A DNA stretch of 64,000 nt from an uncultured Phycisphaeraceae bacterium (lineage in GTDB: Bacteria > Planctomycetota > Phycisphaerae > Phycisphaerales > Phycisphaeraceae). Made by a program: the position numbers and the translations under genes. The first letter of the stretch is position 1. Each line of letters opens with the position of its first letter. Below are positions 11,750 to 24,045 of this stretch, one piece after another. Below the pieces are notes generated by a model. It saw only the letters and a list, made by a program, of their open reading frames with translations, was not told the origin of the DNA and made no database searches. The stretch lies in the NCBI GenBank assembly GCA_963799335.1, contig CAWCWR010000001.1, positions 436,414 to 500,413 on the forward strand, read 5' to 3'.

Positions 11750-12610
11750 ATGCCCGCCGAGCCCCGATACATCCTCACGTTCTCCTGTCCCGATACCGTT
11801 GGCCTGGTCGCGGCGGTCTCCACGCTGACCGCTTCGTTTCAGGGATGGATCGTCGAAGCCGCGCAACATGCGGACCCCGATACCGGGCGTTTTTTTATGC
11901 GGCAGGAAATCCGCGTGAGCTCGGTGCCCTTCGACGTGCACGAGCTCCGCCGCCGGTTCACACCGCTGGCCGAACGTTTCGATATGGACTGGCAGATCCG
12001 CGATCCCGCCCAGCCCCACCGCGTGGTTTTGATGTGCTCCAAGCATTCGCATTGCCTCGCGGACCTGCTGCACCGCCACGCCACCGGGGACCTGAAGTTT
12101 CACTTGGCCGGGGTGATTTCCAATCACGACGACCTGCGCGGGCTGTGCGAATACCACGGCGCAGCCTACCACCATGTCCCGGTCGATCCCGACAATAAGG
12201 CCCCCGCGTTCGCCCGGATTCAGCAGCTCTGCCGGAAGGCCGACGCGGAGACGATTGTCCTGGCCCGCTACATGCAGATCATGCCCCCGACCTTGTGTGA
12301 GCAGTATGCCGGGCGGATGATTAACATCCACCACAGCTTCTTGCCCAGTTTCATCGGGGCCCGTCCGTACCACCAGGCCCACGCCCGCGGAGTCAAGCTC
12401 ATCGGCGCGACCTGCCACTACGTCACCGCGGACCTGGACGCCGGCCCCATCATCGAGCAGGACGTGGTCCGCGTCACCCACGCCCACGACCCCGCCGAGC
12501 TCACCCGCCGGGGCCGTGACGTCGAACGCCTGGTGCTCACCCGTGGCCTGCGGTACCACCTCGAAGACCGCGTCCTCCGCGACAACAACAAGACCATCAT
12601 CTTCGCCTGA
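11750..12610 (+). CDS. purU: Formyltetrahydrofolate deformylase
   Basis: N-terminal ACT-like domain plus formyltransferase core (HHSFLPSF, GATCHYVTADLDAGPIIEQDV). Confidence 0.9.
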   Translation: MPAEPRYILTFSCPDTVGLVAAVSTLTASFQGWIVEAAQHADPDTGRFFMRQEIRVSSVPFDVHELRRRFTPLAERFDMDWQIRDPAQPHRVVLMCSKHSHCLADLLHRHATGDLKFHLAGVISNHDDLRGLCEYHGAAYHHVPVDPDNKAPAFARIQQLCRKADAETIVLARYMQIMPPTLCEQYAGRMINIHHSFLPSFIGARPYHQAHARGVKLIGATCHYVTADLDAGPIIEQDVVRVTHAHDPAELTRRGRDVERLVLTRGLRYHLEDRVLRDNNKTIIFA

Positions 12611-12635
12611 CGCCGGCTTATCCCTCTTTCTTTTC

Positions 12636-13796
12636 TCAGCCCGTCCCTTGCCCCAGCACCTTCACCTCTCGTCCCAGGTGGCCGCGTACCCACAGCATTT
12701 GCACCGTGACCATCACCGCCACCAGCAGCGGGGTGGAGACGATCAGCCCCAGCACGCCGAAAAGCAAACCCATCACCAGCTGAAAAGTCAGCAGCATGGC
12801 CGGGGGCACCGACACCACGTACTGCTGGATCATCGGGGTGATCGCGTTGCTCTCGATGAGTTGCACACCCACGAACACGCCCAGGGTCCAGAGCACCAGT
12901 TCCCCGCTGACCGTGCTGGCCAGCAGCATGCCTAGGCCCATCGCCGTCAGCGATCCCAGGTTCGGCACGAACGACAGCAGCCCCGCTAAGAACCCCAGAA
13001 CCCAAGGCAGCGGCACGCCGATCAGCCACAGTCCCACGCCGGTGAAGACCCCCACCACCCCCATCGACAGCAGCCGGCCCAGCACCCACCACCGCAGGGC
13101 CGTGGCAACCTGATCCATCACCGCGCGGGCGCGATCATCGTGACGTTGGGCCACCAGCCGCCGGGCGCCCTTGGCGTAGAGCCCCGGGTCGATGGCTAAA
13201 AACAGCGCGATCGCCAGGACAGCAAGACCGCCCGCCGCGGCCGTGGTGAACGAGGACAGCAGCCCGCCCACCCGGTCCATCACCGCCTGCCCGCCGTAGC
13301 TCGACTTCGCTTGCTCCAGCTGATTCAGGATCGACTGGCCCCAGGGCCGTTGCTCCATCCACTGCCGACCGCCTTCCACCGCCTCGGGCACCCGCTGACT
13401 CAGTTCATCGAACTGTCCTACCAACGCCGGGCCGACCCACAACCCCAGCCCTACGCACGCCGCCGTCAGCCCCAGCACGACCGTCGCCAACGACCACCCA
13501 TACCCCAGCGGCCACCGCCGGGCCAATTGCTCGGAAAGTCCCACCAGCGTCACCGTCAACGTCACCGCCAAAAACGCTGCCAGCCACACCGCCGAGGTCT
13601 GCCAAAACAACCACAACCCCACCACGGCCGCCAGCAACCACCAGGCCTGAACCACCCCCACCGGCCAACGCCGTGCGTCTGCCCGAGTTTGATGCGTTGG
13701 ATCATTCATGCGTTCAACTCTACCTATCTCCAATGAATCTCCATTAACCTCGATCTCGGCAGTTGCCGGTTGCCCGGTGCCGGGGTGCAGGGGCAT
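12636..13796 (-). CDS. AI-2E family transporter (PerM/YdiK-like permease)
   Basis: Eight or more transmembrane helices with LSFVPNLGS and ITPMIQQ motifs. The true start is probably the internal Met at about 13709 (MNDPTHQ). Confidence 0.85.
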   Translation of the reverse strand: MPLHPGTGQPATAEIEVNGDSLEIGRVERMNDPTHQTRADARRWPVGVVQAWWLLAAVVGLWLFWQTSAVWLAAFLAVTLTVTLVGLSEQLARRWPLGYGWSLATVVLGLTAACVGLGLWVGPALVGQFDELSQRVPEAVEGGRQWMEQRPWGQSILNQLEQAKSSYGGQAVMDRVGGLLSSFTTAAAGGLAVLAIALFLAIDPGLYAKGARRLVAQRHDDRARAVMDQVATALRWWVLGRLLSMGVVGVFTGVGLWLIGVPLPWVLGFLAGLLSFVPNLGSLTAMGLGMLLASTVSGELVLWTLGVFVGVQLIESNAITPMIQQYVVSVPPAMLLTFQLVMGLLFGVLGLIVSTPLLVAVMVTVQMLWVRGHLGREVKVLGQGTG

Positions 13797-13891
13797 AGCC
13801 CCGCCGTCCGCCGCGCAGGCGCTTGTCTTGAAAACGTCTCATCCACCCCCCGCCCGAAGAATCGAAATTCTACCTCGCTACAATCCCTCCC

Positions 13892-15517
<1,626 letters not shown>

Positions 15518-15647
15518 TGTCTCGTTACCAAGAAGGTGAATTCCGCTGTCCGCGTAGCTTTTTCGGCAGCTTCAGCTTCCGGTAGAACTTTGCTTACGTA
15601 TCTCGAACCTGAACTAACGGGCCGCGCTCTGGCGGTGATTTCATGTT

Positions 15648-17369
15648 TCATGCCGCCACCGGCGGCGGGTCGGCGGCCGGGAGTTTGGGCGATTCTTCTT
15701 TGATCACTTCGTGATCGCGTTCGCTGTCGGTGCGGACGTTCACCCGCAGGGATTCGCTGAGTTTGTCGCCGACGTGGGCCTCTTCGTCGACCACCACGGT
15801 CGCGCCGGTGGCGCCCAGCAGTTCGACGTAGCGGTGGTATCGGCTGCGGGCGATGATCGTGAGCTTGGGCGACATCTCCCGGGCCTCGACGATGATCGCC
15901 ATCGTCAGCCGGTGGTCGGGCAGGGTGATGACCAGTGCCTCGGCGGTGTCCACGCTCACGTGCTTGAGCAGTTCCGGGGCCGAGGCGTCGCCCACCACCG
16001 CCCGCATCCCCGCGTCCCGCGCCGCCCTGATGGACGTGGGGTTCAGATCGACCACCACCACCGTCGAGCCGGACTGGTACATCCGGTTGGCCACCGCCCG
16101 GCCCGCGGGGCCGAAACCCACCACCACGATGTGGCTCACCAGGTCCCGGCCCACCACCGCGTCCCCCGCGTGGCCCAGCTTTGCCAAACCCCACCGCCGC
16201 AGCAACAGCTCGCCCTTGGCCCCGGCGGTGGTGGCGAAACTCACCAGGTACGGGGTCAAAAACAGCGTCAGGATCGTGATGCTCACCACCAGCGAGAACA
16301 GCTCGGCGGTGAACACCTCCGCTTCCTGCGCCAGCCGGGCGAGTACGAAACTAAACACCCCGACCTGCCCCATGCAGACCCCCGTGGCGATCGCGTGGCG
16401 GTGGGCCAAGCGAAACAGCCGACCCGTGATCCAGATCACCGTCGGCTTGATCAGCAGCAACATCCCCAGCCCGATCGCCACCAGCCCGCCGTTTTGCATG
16501 ATCCACACCGGATCGCCCAGCATCCCGATGCTCGCGAAAAACAGCGTGACAAAAATGGTCTTGAGCGGCCCGACGTCCCCACGCAGCCGGGACGCGATCA
16601 CCGACTCGCCCAGGAAAATCGCCGCGATAAACGCCCCGAGCGCCGGCGACAGCCCCAGCCAGTTCGCCCCCCACGCCGCGCCCAGCGACAGCACGATCGC
16701 AAACAGCACCGTCACCTCCCGGTTGCCCGTCGGCGCGTTAAAGCTCACCACCCGCGGCACGATGTACTGGGTAAACAGCACGCAGAACGCCACGAACGCC
16801 GCGACTACCCCGAACTGCCCCGCGGTCTGCAGCATGACCTGCCCCACCGTCCCGGACCCCCCTAACGCCGCGACGACCAGCACCAGCGGGATCACCGCGA
16901 TGTCCTGCACCAGCAGGATCCCCAGCGCAAACCGCCCGTGGACCGAGTCGACCTCCGACCGCCGGGCGAGGGCGGGCATGACCACGCCCGTGCTGCTGAG
17001 CGACGCCACCGCCCCCAGCGCCAGGCCGGTCTTAAACCCCATCCCGAAGAGCATCGCCACCCCCGCGATCACCGCCATGGTCAGCGTGATCTGCACCACC
17101 CCGGTCAGCAGCGCGGTCATCCCCAGCCGGCGGAGGCGGGACCAGGAAAACTCCAGCCCGATGGTGAACATCAGCAGCGTCACCCCGATATCCGCGATCG
17201 CGGTGATGACTTCTTTTTCGAGGACTTTGAAGACGTTGGGCCCCAGCAACAGCCCCGCGAGCATGAACCCCACGATCGCCGACTGCTTGAGCCGTTCCGC
17301 CACCGACCCCAGCGTCATCGCCAGCGCCAGCAACACCAAAATCCCAAACATCGGGTCCCAGATCGACAA
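15648..17369 (-). CDS. CPA2-family K+/H+ antiporter with C-terminal TrkA-N (RCK) domain (KefB/KefC-like)
   Basis: About 12 transmembrane helices, then a Rossmann VVGFGPAGRAVANRM...VVVDLNP segment. Confidence 0.85.
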   Translation of the reverse strand: MSIWDPMFGILVLLALAMTLGSVAERLKQSAIVGFMLAGLLLGPNVFKVLEKEVITAIADIGVTLLMFTIGLEFSWSRLRRLGMTALLTGVVQITLTMAVIAGVAMLFGMGFKTGLALGAVASLSSTGVVMPALARRSEVDSVHGRFALGILLVQDIAVIPLVLVVAALGGSGTVGQVMLQTAGQFGVVAAFVAFCVLFTQYIVPRVVSFNAPTGNREVTVLFAIVLSLGAAWGANWLGLSPALGAFIAAIFLGESVIASRLRGDVGPLKTIFVTLFFASIGMLGDPVWIMQNGGLVAIGLGMLLLIKPTVIWITGRLFRLAHRHAIATGVCMGQVGVFSFVLARLAQEAEVFTAELFSLVVSITILTLFLTPYLVSFATTAGAKGELLLRRWGLAKLGHAGDAVVGRDLVSHIVVVGFGPAGRAVANRMYQSGSTVVVVDLNPTSIRAARDAGMRAVVGDASAPELLKHVSVDTAEALVITLPDHRLTMAIIVEAREMSPKLTIIARSRYHRYVELLGATGATVVVDEEAHVGDKLSESLRVNVRTDSERDHEVIKEESPKLPAADPPPVAA

Positions 17370-17524
17370 GACAAACCTCCTGTAGCGCGTTGACCGATGA
17401 ATGGCCGCTGGCTGATGGATTCTCCGAGAACGGTGGTGCTTCCGCTGGAGCAGGGTCTCGGCCCGTCGTCAGGTCCTCACCCGAAAACCGCCCCCATCCC
17501 TCTGCGGGTTATGATGATCCTAGC

Positions 17525-18785
17525 ATGTCCTTCCCGAGCCCTATCCGCGACGATCCGGTGGATGCCGACCTCGCTCCGGGTGAGGCGCTGCACTTGCTGG
17601 AAGAATTCGTGGTCGAAAACGACGCGCTGCGGGAACTGGAAACCCGCATCGGCCGGTTCAACATCTTCGACGCGCTGGGCATCGTCAACCAGGAAATCAA
17701 GCACAGCAACTTCTTGGCCTGGCTCCTGGACCCCGCTGAGTCCCACGGCCAGGGCGGCCTGTTCCTCCGCGCTTTCCTCATGGACCTGCTCCGCCAGACC
17801 CCTCCCGGCGAGCAACGCCTCTTCAGCCCGGTCTACCTCGACGGGGCCTAACTCCGCGGCGTCGAGGTCCGCCGCGAGTGGCGGAACATCGACCTGCTGA
17901 TTACCTGCGACGAGCCAAGCTTCGTGATCGCGATCGAAAACAAGATCAACAGCCAGGAACATTCGGATCAACTCGCCCGCTACCGCCAAACGGTCGCCGA
18001 GAGCAGCGAGCTGAGCCACTATGCCAAACCGCAATACGTCTTTCTGACGCGTGACGGAGACGAACCGACCGACAGCAACTGGACGATCTACACCTACGCT
18101 GATCTACACCGTTCCTTGAGTCGTTGCCGTGAAATTAACCACTCGCAGATGGGCGACGACGTATTGGCGTTTCTGGATCATTACCTACGACTCGTCGGGA
18201 GCCGCATGATGGACGACGCGAAAATTACCGAACTGTGCCAGGAAATCTACAAGAACCACCGGCAGGCCATCGACTTGATCCGAGACCGCGTCGCCGACAC
18301 ACCTTTCGGCTATGCGGAAGTATTGGAACTGCTGCAAAACAGCCAAGATTGGCAGGTGCTGCGTCAAGGCAAAGCGTCGATCAATTTCACCTTGAACCAA
18401 GTTTCACCCGAGCATCCTTATTATGTCGCGTTTTCAAAACGGAAAGCCTGCTCCCTGGCTGAATATGTACCTTGAGTGGTGGACTGACGAGTGCCGCTGG
18501 TTCAGCAATATCGGGCCTCACGATAATCAAGGATTGCGACAAGCAGTTGTTGTCGCACTGAGAGAACAAGGTAGCCAACTCAAATTAAAGTCCAGCGGTA
18601 AGATTACGAAACAGTGGACGACGATGACCAATATCCGTGTCGCAAGCTGGAAGAATGCTCCCATCGATCTTGAGGCGATGCTAAAGTCGTTGCAGCAGCA
18701 TCTCGACGAACGCGCCCCCTTGATGAAACGTGCCTGTGATCTGATTACCGAAGTTATAGGTAACCATACTTCCAAGGAAAATTAA
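17525..18785 (+). pseudogene. PD-(D/E)xK nuclease family protein (PDDEXK_4-like; family call is tentative) with an in-frame TAA (about 17849) and a frameshift (about 18440)
   Basis: The track ORFs 17390-17851, 17924-18475 and 18423-18785 are consecutive fragments. The TAA at 17849 is in the same frame as the second fragment, which resumes ...LRGVEVRREWRNIDLLITCDEPSFVIAIENKINSQEHSDQLARY. That segment carries the D...E.K catalytic core. GC falls to about 52% over the 3' half of the gene. Confidence 0.6.
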
Positions 18786-19378
18786 TGGCCCTTACCCCCT
18801 CGACGATGTTGGAACTCGGCACCGTGGCCCCGGATTTTTCCTTGCCGGATGCCGACGGAAAGGTCTTTACCTTGCAAAACTTTCGGGGGCCGTTGCTGGT
18901 GATGTTTATTTGCAACCATTGTCCGTACGTGAAACACGTCGCGCCGGAGTTGGCGCGGCTGGGGCGGGACTATGACGGGCGGGTGGGGGTGGTGGCGATT
19001 CAGTCGAACGATATCGAGGCGTATCCCGAGGACGGGCCGGGGAAAATGAAAGAGGAAAAAGCGGCGCGGGGCTATCCGTTTCCTTACTTGCTCGACGAGG
19101 ATCAGGCGGTGGCCCGGGCGTATTCGGCGGCGTGCACCCCGGACTTTTTTCTGTTCGATCGCGAGCACAAGCTGGTGTATCGCGGGCAGCTGGACGACAG
19201 TCGGCCCCACCGGATCAGCAGCGGAAACTACGACGATCGTAACGGCGCGGCCGACGGCAAGGACCTGCGGGCCGCCCTCGACGCGGTGTTGGCGGGCAAC
19301 CAGCCGACCGACCGCCAGGTGCCGAGCATGGGCTGCAACATCAAGTGGAAGCCCGGCCAGGAACCGGCCTACGCCTGA
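18785..19378 (+). CDS. Thioredoxin-fold thiol-disulfide oxidoreductase (redoxin, AhpC/TSA-like)
   Basis: CNHCPY active-site motif. The ATG overlaps the upstream nuclease stop (TAATG), which suggests translational coupling. Confidence 0.8.
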   Translation: MALTPSTMLELGTVAPDFSLPDADGKVFTLQNFRGPLLVMFICNHCPYVKHVAPELARLGRDYDGRVGVVAIQSNDIEAYPEDGPGKMKEEKAARGYPFPYLLDEDQAVARAYSAACTPDFFLFDREHKLVYRGQLDDSRPHRISSGNYDDRNGAADGKDLRAALDAVLAGNQPTDRQVPSMGCNIKWKPGQEPAYA

Positions 19379-19394
19379 AACGATCGGCGGAGTC

Positions 19395-20366
19395 CTAAGC
19401 CAGCCACGGCAGCGTGCTCAGCACCTTTAAGTGCTCGGCCAGGTCCCGCACGGTCCGTCCGTGACGTGGATCGGCAAGGTCGGTATTCGCGCCAAGTGCT
19501 AACAGGCGGTGGGCCACCGGCGACGCCACACGGCCTCGCATCACGCACCGGTGCAGGGGGGTGAACCCCTCGGGGTCCTTGGGACACGTCGCATTCGGAT
19601 CGGCCCCGGCTTCCAGCAGCATCAACGCGGCCCCCCCCTCTTGCTCGTCCCCCCCTCCATCGTTCCCCCCTCCATCGCCCCCCCCTCCATCGCTCACCTC
19701 CCCCTCGCCCGCATCCCTAATTCCCCCTTCCTTGAGATGGGGCGGCGGGCTGATCCAATGGATGGACCCCGCCGCGGCTTCATCGAGCGGCAGCAGCGCG
19801 GCGTGCAACGGCGTCCGCCCCTGGGCGTCGCGGGATTCGAGGTCCGCGCCGCGGCGACACAGCAACTCGACGACCCGGGCGCGGCGGTGACGGGCCGCCA
19901 ACCAGAGCGGGCTGCGCCGCTGGGCGTCGTGGACCTCCACCTCGGCGGAGGCCTCGAACAAACGCTGGACCACCGCGACATGACCCGCCTGGGCGGCGAG
20001 GTGCAGCGGGGTTTGCCGGGCGTGCAGCGGCGTGATGAACCGCGTCCGACAATCGGGCCGAACGCCCTGGCTCAACAACCAGTCCACCACCTCCACCCGC
20101 CCCCCGTCCCCCCCCTCCCCCCCCTCTCCCCCGTCCCCCCCGTCTCCCGCCACTTCCGTCTCCTGCTTCGCTTCCCCCGCGGCCTCGCGGCCGACTCTAG
20201 GACGTGCGGCGGCGGCGATGTGGAGCGGCATCCATTGTTCCTGACCCCACGGCCGCTCCTGGGGCAAAAACTGCCGCAGCGCCGCGGAACGATCCGCGAA
20301 CGCCTCGATCAACTCGGCCAGCGGGGCGGTTTGCAGTTGCAGGATGAGGGGGTGGAAGTCGGGCAT
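19395..20366 (-). CDS. Ankyrin-repeat protein with Gly/Glu/Asp low-complexity inserts
   Basis: Repeated G.TPLH.AA..GH...V..LL..GA motifs (at least 5 repeats), plus GGDGGEGGEGGDGG and GGGGDGGGNDGGGDE inserts. Confidence 0.8.
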   Translation of the reverse strand: MPDFHPLILQLQTAPLAELIEAFADRSAALRQFLPQERPWGQEQWMPLHIAAAARPRVGREAAGEAKQETEVAGDGGDGGEGGEGGDGGRVEVVDWLLSQGVRPDCRTRFITPLHARQTPLHLAAQAGHVAVVQRLFEASAEVEVHDAQRRSPLWLAARHRRARVVELLCRRGADLESRDAQGRTPLHAALLPLDEAAAGSIHWISPPPHLKEGGIRDAGEGEVSDGGGGDGGGNDGGGDEQEGGAALMLLEAGADPNATCPKDPEGFTPLHRCVMRGRVASPVAHRLLALGANTDLADPRHGRTVRDLAEHLKVLSTLPWLA

Positions 20367-20460
20367 CGGATCGACCGGGGAGCGCTACGGTAAGATGGGC
20401 ATCCTAGCCGGTGAATTGCCGCCTCGGCCGACGCTCGTCGTGCGGGGTGGCCCGGCCTGA

Positions 20461-22389
20461 ATGTTCCGCCCCGATGCCGCGGAGAAAGCTCCTTTTGCCA
20501 TGAACGATGCCGCCCCCCCGTCTCCTTCCTCTGCCCCGATTCATTCCGGCCGATCAAAATCTGCCGAGGAAGGCGAGACGAAGAAGAGCGCCCGCCGTGG
20601 CCGCCGCGCCGATCCGTTGCTGCTGGAGATTGCCTGGGAAGCCTGCAATCAGGTGGGCGGGATTTATACGGTGCTGCGTAGCAAGGTGCCGTCGATGATG
20701 AGTCGGTGGGGCGGGCGGTACTGCCTGATCGGGCCTTATAACGAAAAGAGCGCGCCCATCGAGTTTGAACCCGCGCCGCTGGTGGGGGTGATGGGCACGG
20801 CGGTCAAGGAGATGCAGGAGATGGGCTACGGGGTGGAGTACGGCCGATGGCTGGTCTCGGGCCGACCCCACATCGTGCTGCTGCGTCTGGACAAGACCAA
20901 GTCGTACCTCAACGACACCAAGTTCCGCCTGTGGTCGGACCACGGCATCCCGACACCCAACCACGACCCGCTGGTCGATGACGTGGTGGCCTTCGGCGAG
21001 GCGACGCGGATGTTGCTGTCGCTTTTGGCCAAACGGGAATCCCGCCGCCGCCGCATCGTCGCGCACTTTCACGAATGGATGGCGGGCGCCGCGATCCCCA
21101 TGCTCCGCCAGGAAAAATGGCCCGGGTCGATCGTCTTCACGACCCACGCCACCCTCCTGGGCCGCTACCTCGCGATGCAGAACCCGGTGTTCTACGACCA
21201 CCTCTCGTTCTTCAACGCCGCGGAAGAAGCCAAGCACTTCAACATCGAAGCCCAGCACGGCCTCGAACGCGCCGCGGCCCACGGCAGCCACGTCTTTTCC
21301 ACCGTCTCCGACGTCACCGGCGAAGAATGCAAACACCTGCTGGGCCGGGTCCCCGACATCCTGCTACCCAACGGCCTGAACATCGAACGCTTCAGCGCGA
21401 TCCACGAATTCCAGAACCTCCACCAGCAGCACAAAGAACAGATCCACGAATTCACCATCGGCCACTTCTTTCCGAGTTACACCTTCGACCTGGAAAACAC
21501 CCTCTACATGTTCACCTCCGGCCGGTACGAATACCGCAACAAAGGCATGGACGTGACCATCGAAGCGCTCGCCCAGCTCAACCACCGGCTCCAGGAGGCA
21601 GAGACCCCGATCACCGTGGTGTTTTTCATCATTACCAAAGCGCCGGTGCACTCGATCAACGTCGAAGAACTCCAGAGCAACGCCATGCTCCAGGAGTTTC
21701 AGGACGCCACCGACGCGATTAAAGAACAGATCGGCCGGCGGCTGTTTTACGACGCCACCGCGGGGCACATCCCCGACCTCAACACGCTGGTGGATGACTA
21801 TTGGCGGCTGCGGCTGCGGCGGTCGATCCAGTCGTGGAAGCGGGAAGGCCTCCCGCCGATCGTGACCCACGACATGATCGACGACGCCGCGGACGACGTG
21901 CTCAATCAGCTGCGCCGCTGCTACCTGCTCAACGCCCCCAGCGACCGGGTCAAAGTCGTGTTCCACCCCGACTTCATCACCGCGACCAACCCGCTGTTCG
22001 GCATGGAATACGAGCAGTTTGTCCGCGGCACGCACCTGGGCGTGTTCCCCAGCTACTACGAACCCTGGGGCTACACCCCGCTCGAATCGATCGCCCTGGG
22101 CGTGCCCGCGATCACCTCGGACCTCTCGGGATTCGGCAGCTACCTCCAGCAAAACATGCCCAACCACGCGGACCGGGGCATCGGCATCCTCAACCGCCGA
22201 CAACGCGACTTCCACGGCAGCGCCCACGACTTGTGCGAGCAGATGTTCCACTTCTGCCAGCTCTCCCGCCGCGAACGCATCAACCTCCGCAACCGCGTCG
22301 AATCCTTCAGTGAACACTTTGACTGGCACAACCTCGGCCGGCTCTACCACCAGGCCCACGAACTGGCCCTCGATCGTGTCGCCGATTGA
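20461..22389 (+). CDS. Glycogen synthase, eukaryotic-type (GT3 family)
   Basis: LLLEIAWEACNQVGGIYTVLRSK at the N-terminus, then a GT3-like core (FHEWMAG, a C-terminal E.WGYTPLE). The true start is probably at MNDAAPP, about 20500. Confidence 0.8.
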   Translation: MFRPDAAEKAPFAMNDAAPPSPSSAPIHSGRSKSAEEGETKKSARRGRRADPLLLEIAWEACNQVGGIYTVLRSKVPSMMSRWGGRYCLIGPYNEKSAPIEFEPAPLVGVMGTAVKEMQEMGYGVEYGRWLVSGRPHIVLLRLDKTKSYLNDTKFRLWSDHGIPTPNHDPLVDDVVAFGEATRMLLSLLAKRESRRRRIVAHFHEWMAGAAIPMLRQEKWPGSIVFTTHATLLGRYLAMQNPVFYDHLSFFNAAEEAKHFNIEAQHGLERAAAHGSHVFSTVSDVTGEECKHLLGRVPDILLPNGLNIERFSAIHEFQNLHQQHKEQIHEFTIGHFFPSYTFDLENTLYMFTSGRYEYRNKGMDVTIEALAQLNHRLQEAETPITVVFFIITKAPVHSINVEELQSNAMLQEFQDATDAIKEQIGRRLFYDATAGHIPDLNTLVDDYWRLRLRRSIQSWKREGLPPIVTHDMIDDAADDVLNQLRRCYLLNAPSDRVKVVFHPDFITATNPLFGMEYEQFVRGTHLGVFPSYYEPWGYTPLESIALGVPAITSDLSGFGSYLQQNMPNHADRGIGILNRRQRDFHGSAHDLCEQMFHFCQLSRRERINLRNRVESFSEHFDWHNLGRLYHQAHELALDRVAD

Positions 22390-22488
22390 TCGTCGTCGCG
22401 ACGACCCGGCCCGGCGTGCCGTCCCCGCCCCCAAACAGGCATCATCCAACGTCATGCGTCACGAATCGCCGTCCCCTAAACTGACCGC

Positions 22489-23586
22489 ATGAACCTGCTT
22501 GCTGCCGTCGCCTCCGCTCCCGGTGCTCCCCAGGTGGGGGAAGGCGTCACCGCCGCCAACCTGACGCTGCTGGGGCTGTATCTCGCCTTGGCGATCGGGG
22601 TGTCGTTTCTCTGCTCGCTGCTCGAGGCGGGGTTGCTGTCGGTGCCGATGTCCCACGTCGAAGTCATGGCCCGCGAGAACCGCCGCGGCGGCAAGACGCT
22701 CAAGCAGATGAAGTCCAACATCGACCGGCCCCTCGCGGCGATCCTGACGCTCAACACCATCGCCCACACCTTCGGCGCCGCGGGCGTCGGGGCCCAGGTG
22801 CTAAAAATCTGGGGCAGCGGCTCGGTCGCCATCGGCAGCATCGTCGTCACCCTGTTGATCCTGGTCTTCAGCGAGATCATTCCCAAGTCGCTGGGCGCCG
22901 CGAAAGCCAAGCCGTTCGCCCCCTTCACCGCTTACGCCATCCGCGTGATGATCTGGTGCACCTGGCTGCTGCTGCTGCCGCTGCAGTGGATCTCCAACAA
23001 GCTGGGCAGCTCGCACAGCGCTGTCCTGACCCGCGACGAGGTCGCCATGACCGCCGAATTGGCCCACACCGCCGGGGTCATCGCCCCCGACGAGATCATG
23101 GTCATCCGCAACATCCTCAGCCTCCGCCAGACCCCGGTGAGCACCATCATGACCCCCCGGCCCGTGGTCTTCGTCCTCCCGGCCGACGAAACGGTGCGCA
23201 GCGTCCTGGATCGCTACGAAGAGTTTCCCTACACCCGCATGCCCCTGATCGAGCAGGACAAAGACCACGTCATCGGCTACATCACCCGGGCGGACCTGCT
23301 GCACGCCAAGCACGAAGGCCACCTCGACCAGACCCTCCGCGACATGGTCAAACCCCTGGACCAGGTGCCCCTTACGGCCCACGTCCTGGCGACATTCAAA
23401 ACACTGATCCAGTCCCGGCACCACCTGCTGCGGGTGGTCGATGAATTCGGCGGGACCTCGGGCGTGGTGAGTCTCGAAGATTGCGTCGAAACGATTTTGG
23501 GACAGGAGATCATGGACGAGACCGATTCTGCGGCCGACCTCCGCGCCGTCGCCGAGCGCCTCCGGGCGGACCGCGACCGCAAATAA
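22489..23586 (+). CDS. CNNM/HlyC-CorC family protein (DUF21 transmembrane domain plus CBS pair)
   Basis: DUF21 membrane domain (IIPKSLG), then a CBS pair (TIMTPR...; VVDEFGGTSGVVSLEDCVETILGQEI). Confidence 0.85.
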   Translation: MNLLAAVASAPGAPQVGEGVTAANLTLLGLYLALAIGVSFLCSLLEAGLLSVPMSHVEVMARENRRGGKTLKQMKSNIDRPLAAILTLNTIAHTFGAAGVGAQVLKIWGSGSVAIGSIVVTLLILVFSEIIPKSLGAAKAKPFAPFTAYAIRVMIWCTWLLLLPLQWISNKLGSSHSAVLTRDEVAMTAELAHTAGVIAPDEIMVIRNILSLRQTPVSTIMTPRPVVFVLPADETVRSVLDRYEEFPYTRMPLIEQDKDHVIGYITRADLLHAKHEGHLDQTLRDMVKPLDQVPLTAHVLATFKTLIQSRHHLLRVVDEFGGTSGVVSLEDCVETILGQEIMDETDSAADLRAVAERLRADRDRK

Positions 23587-23639
23587 ACCCACCTCGCCGT
23601 CGCGCCCAGAAAAAACTTGTCTACCTTTCCCCATCCGCC

Positions 23640-23995
23640 CAAACTGCGATTCCTGCGGTTTCAGGCCTTCTGCGGGAAAGCGGTGGATAGTTGTTCACCG
23701 CCCGGCCAAACGGATGCGGAAAACATGTGGAAAAGTCATCATCGACGATCCGTAATAACCGCTTGAAAATGGTCGGGTTAACGTTAGGATAGCATGTGAA
23801 TGGGGATCACCCTAAGTCGTTTTTATGATCTTCAAAATGGGTGAACTATGTTTTTCGCGGTAGAAACAACGGAAAAGCGTTTGATGGGAATTGGGCATTG
23901 ACACGGCAGGCCGCCGCGCAGTACGTTGGGTCCGCACGTCGCGCCGCGGCGTCTCCGACCGACTTGACAACAGCCGTGGCTCCGGCGGTGGCTTG
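23640..23995. promoter_or_regulatory. Candidate oriC / dnaA promoter region
   Basis: The region is relatively AT-rich for this genome and holds about 4 DnaA-box-like 9-mers: GTGGATAG at about 23691, TGTGGAAAA at about 23724, TGTGAATGG at about 23793 and TGTGGACAA at about 23990. Each has 1-2 mismatches to TGTGGATAA. A T-rich stretch (tttttatgatcttcaaaatg) lies between them. Confidence 0.35.
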
Positions 23996-24045
23996 TGGAC
24001 AACACGGGTATTTACCTAAAGCGGACTCTCCGCGAAGGCTATTCC

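Noticed and set aside
21364-22455. 363-aa antisense ORF across glgA, and the 24622-25542 minus ORF across dnaA
   Set aside because: High-GC antisense artefacts. The sense genes carry diagnostic motifs.
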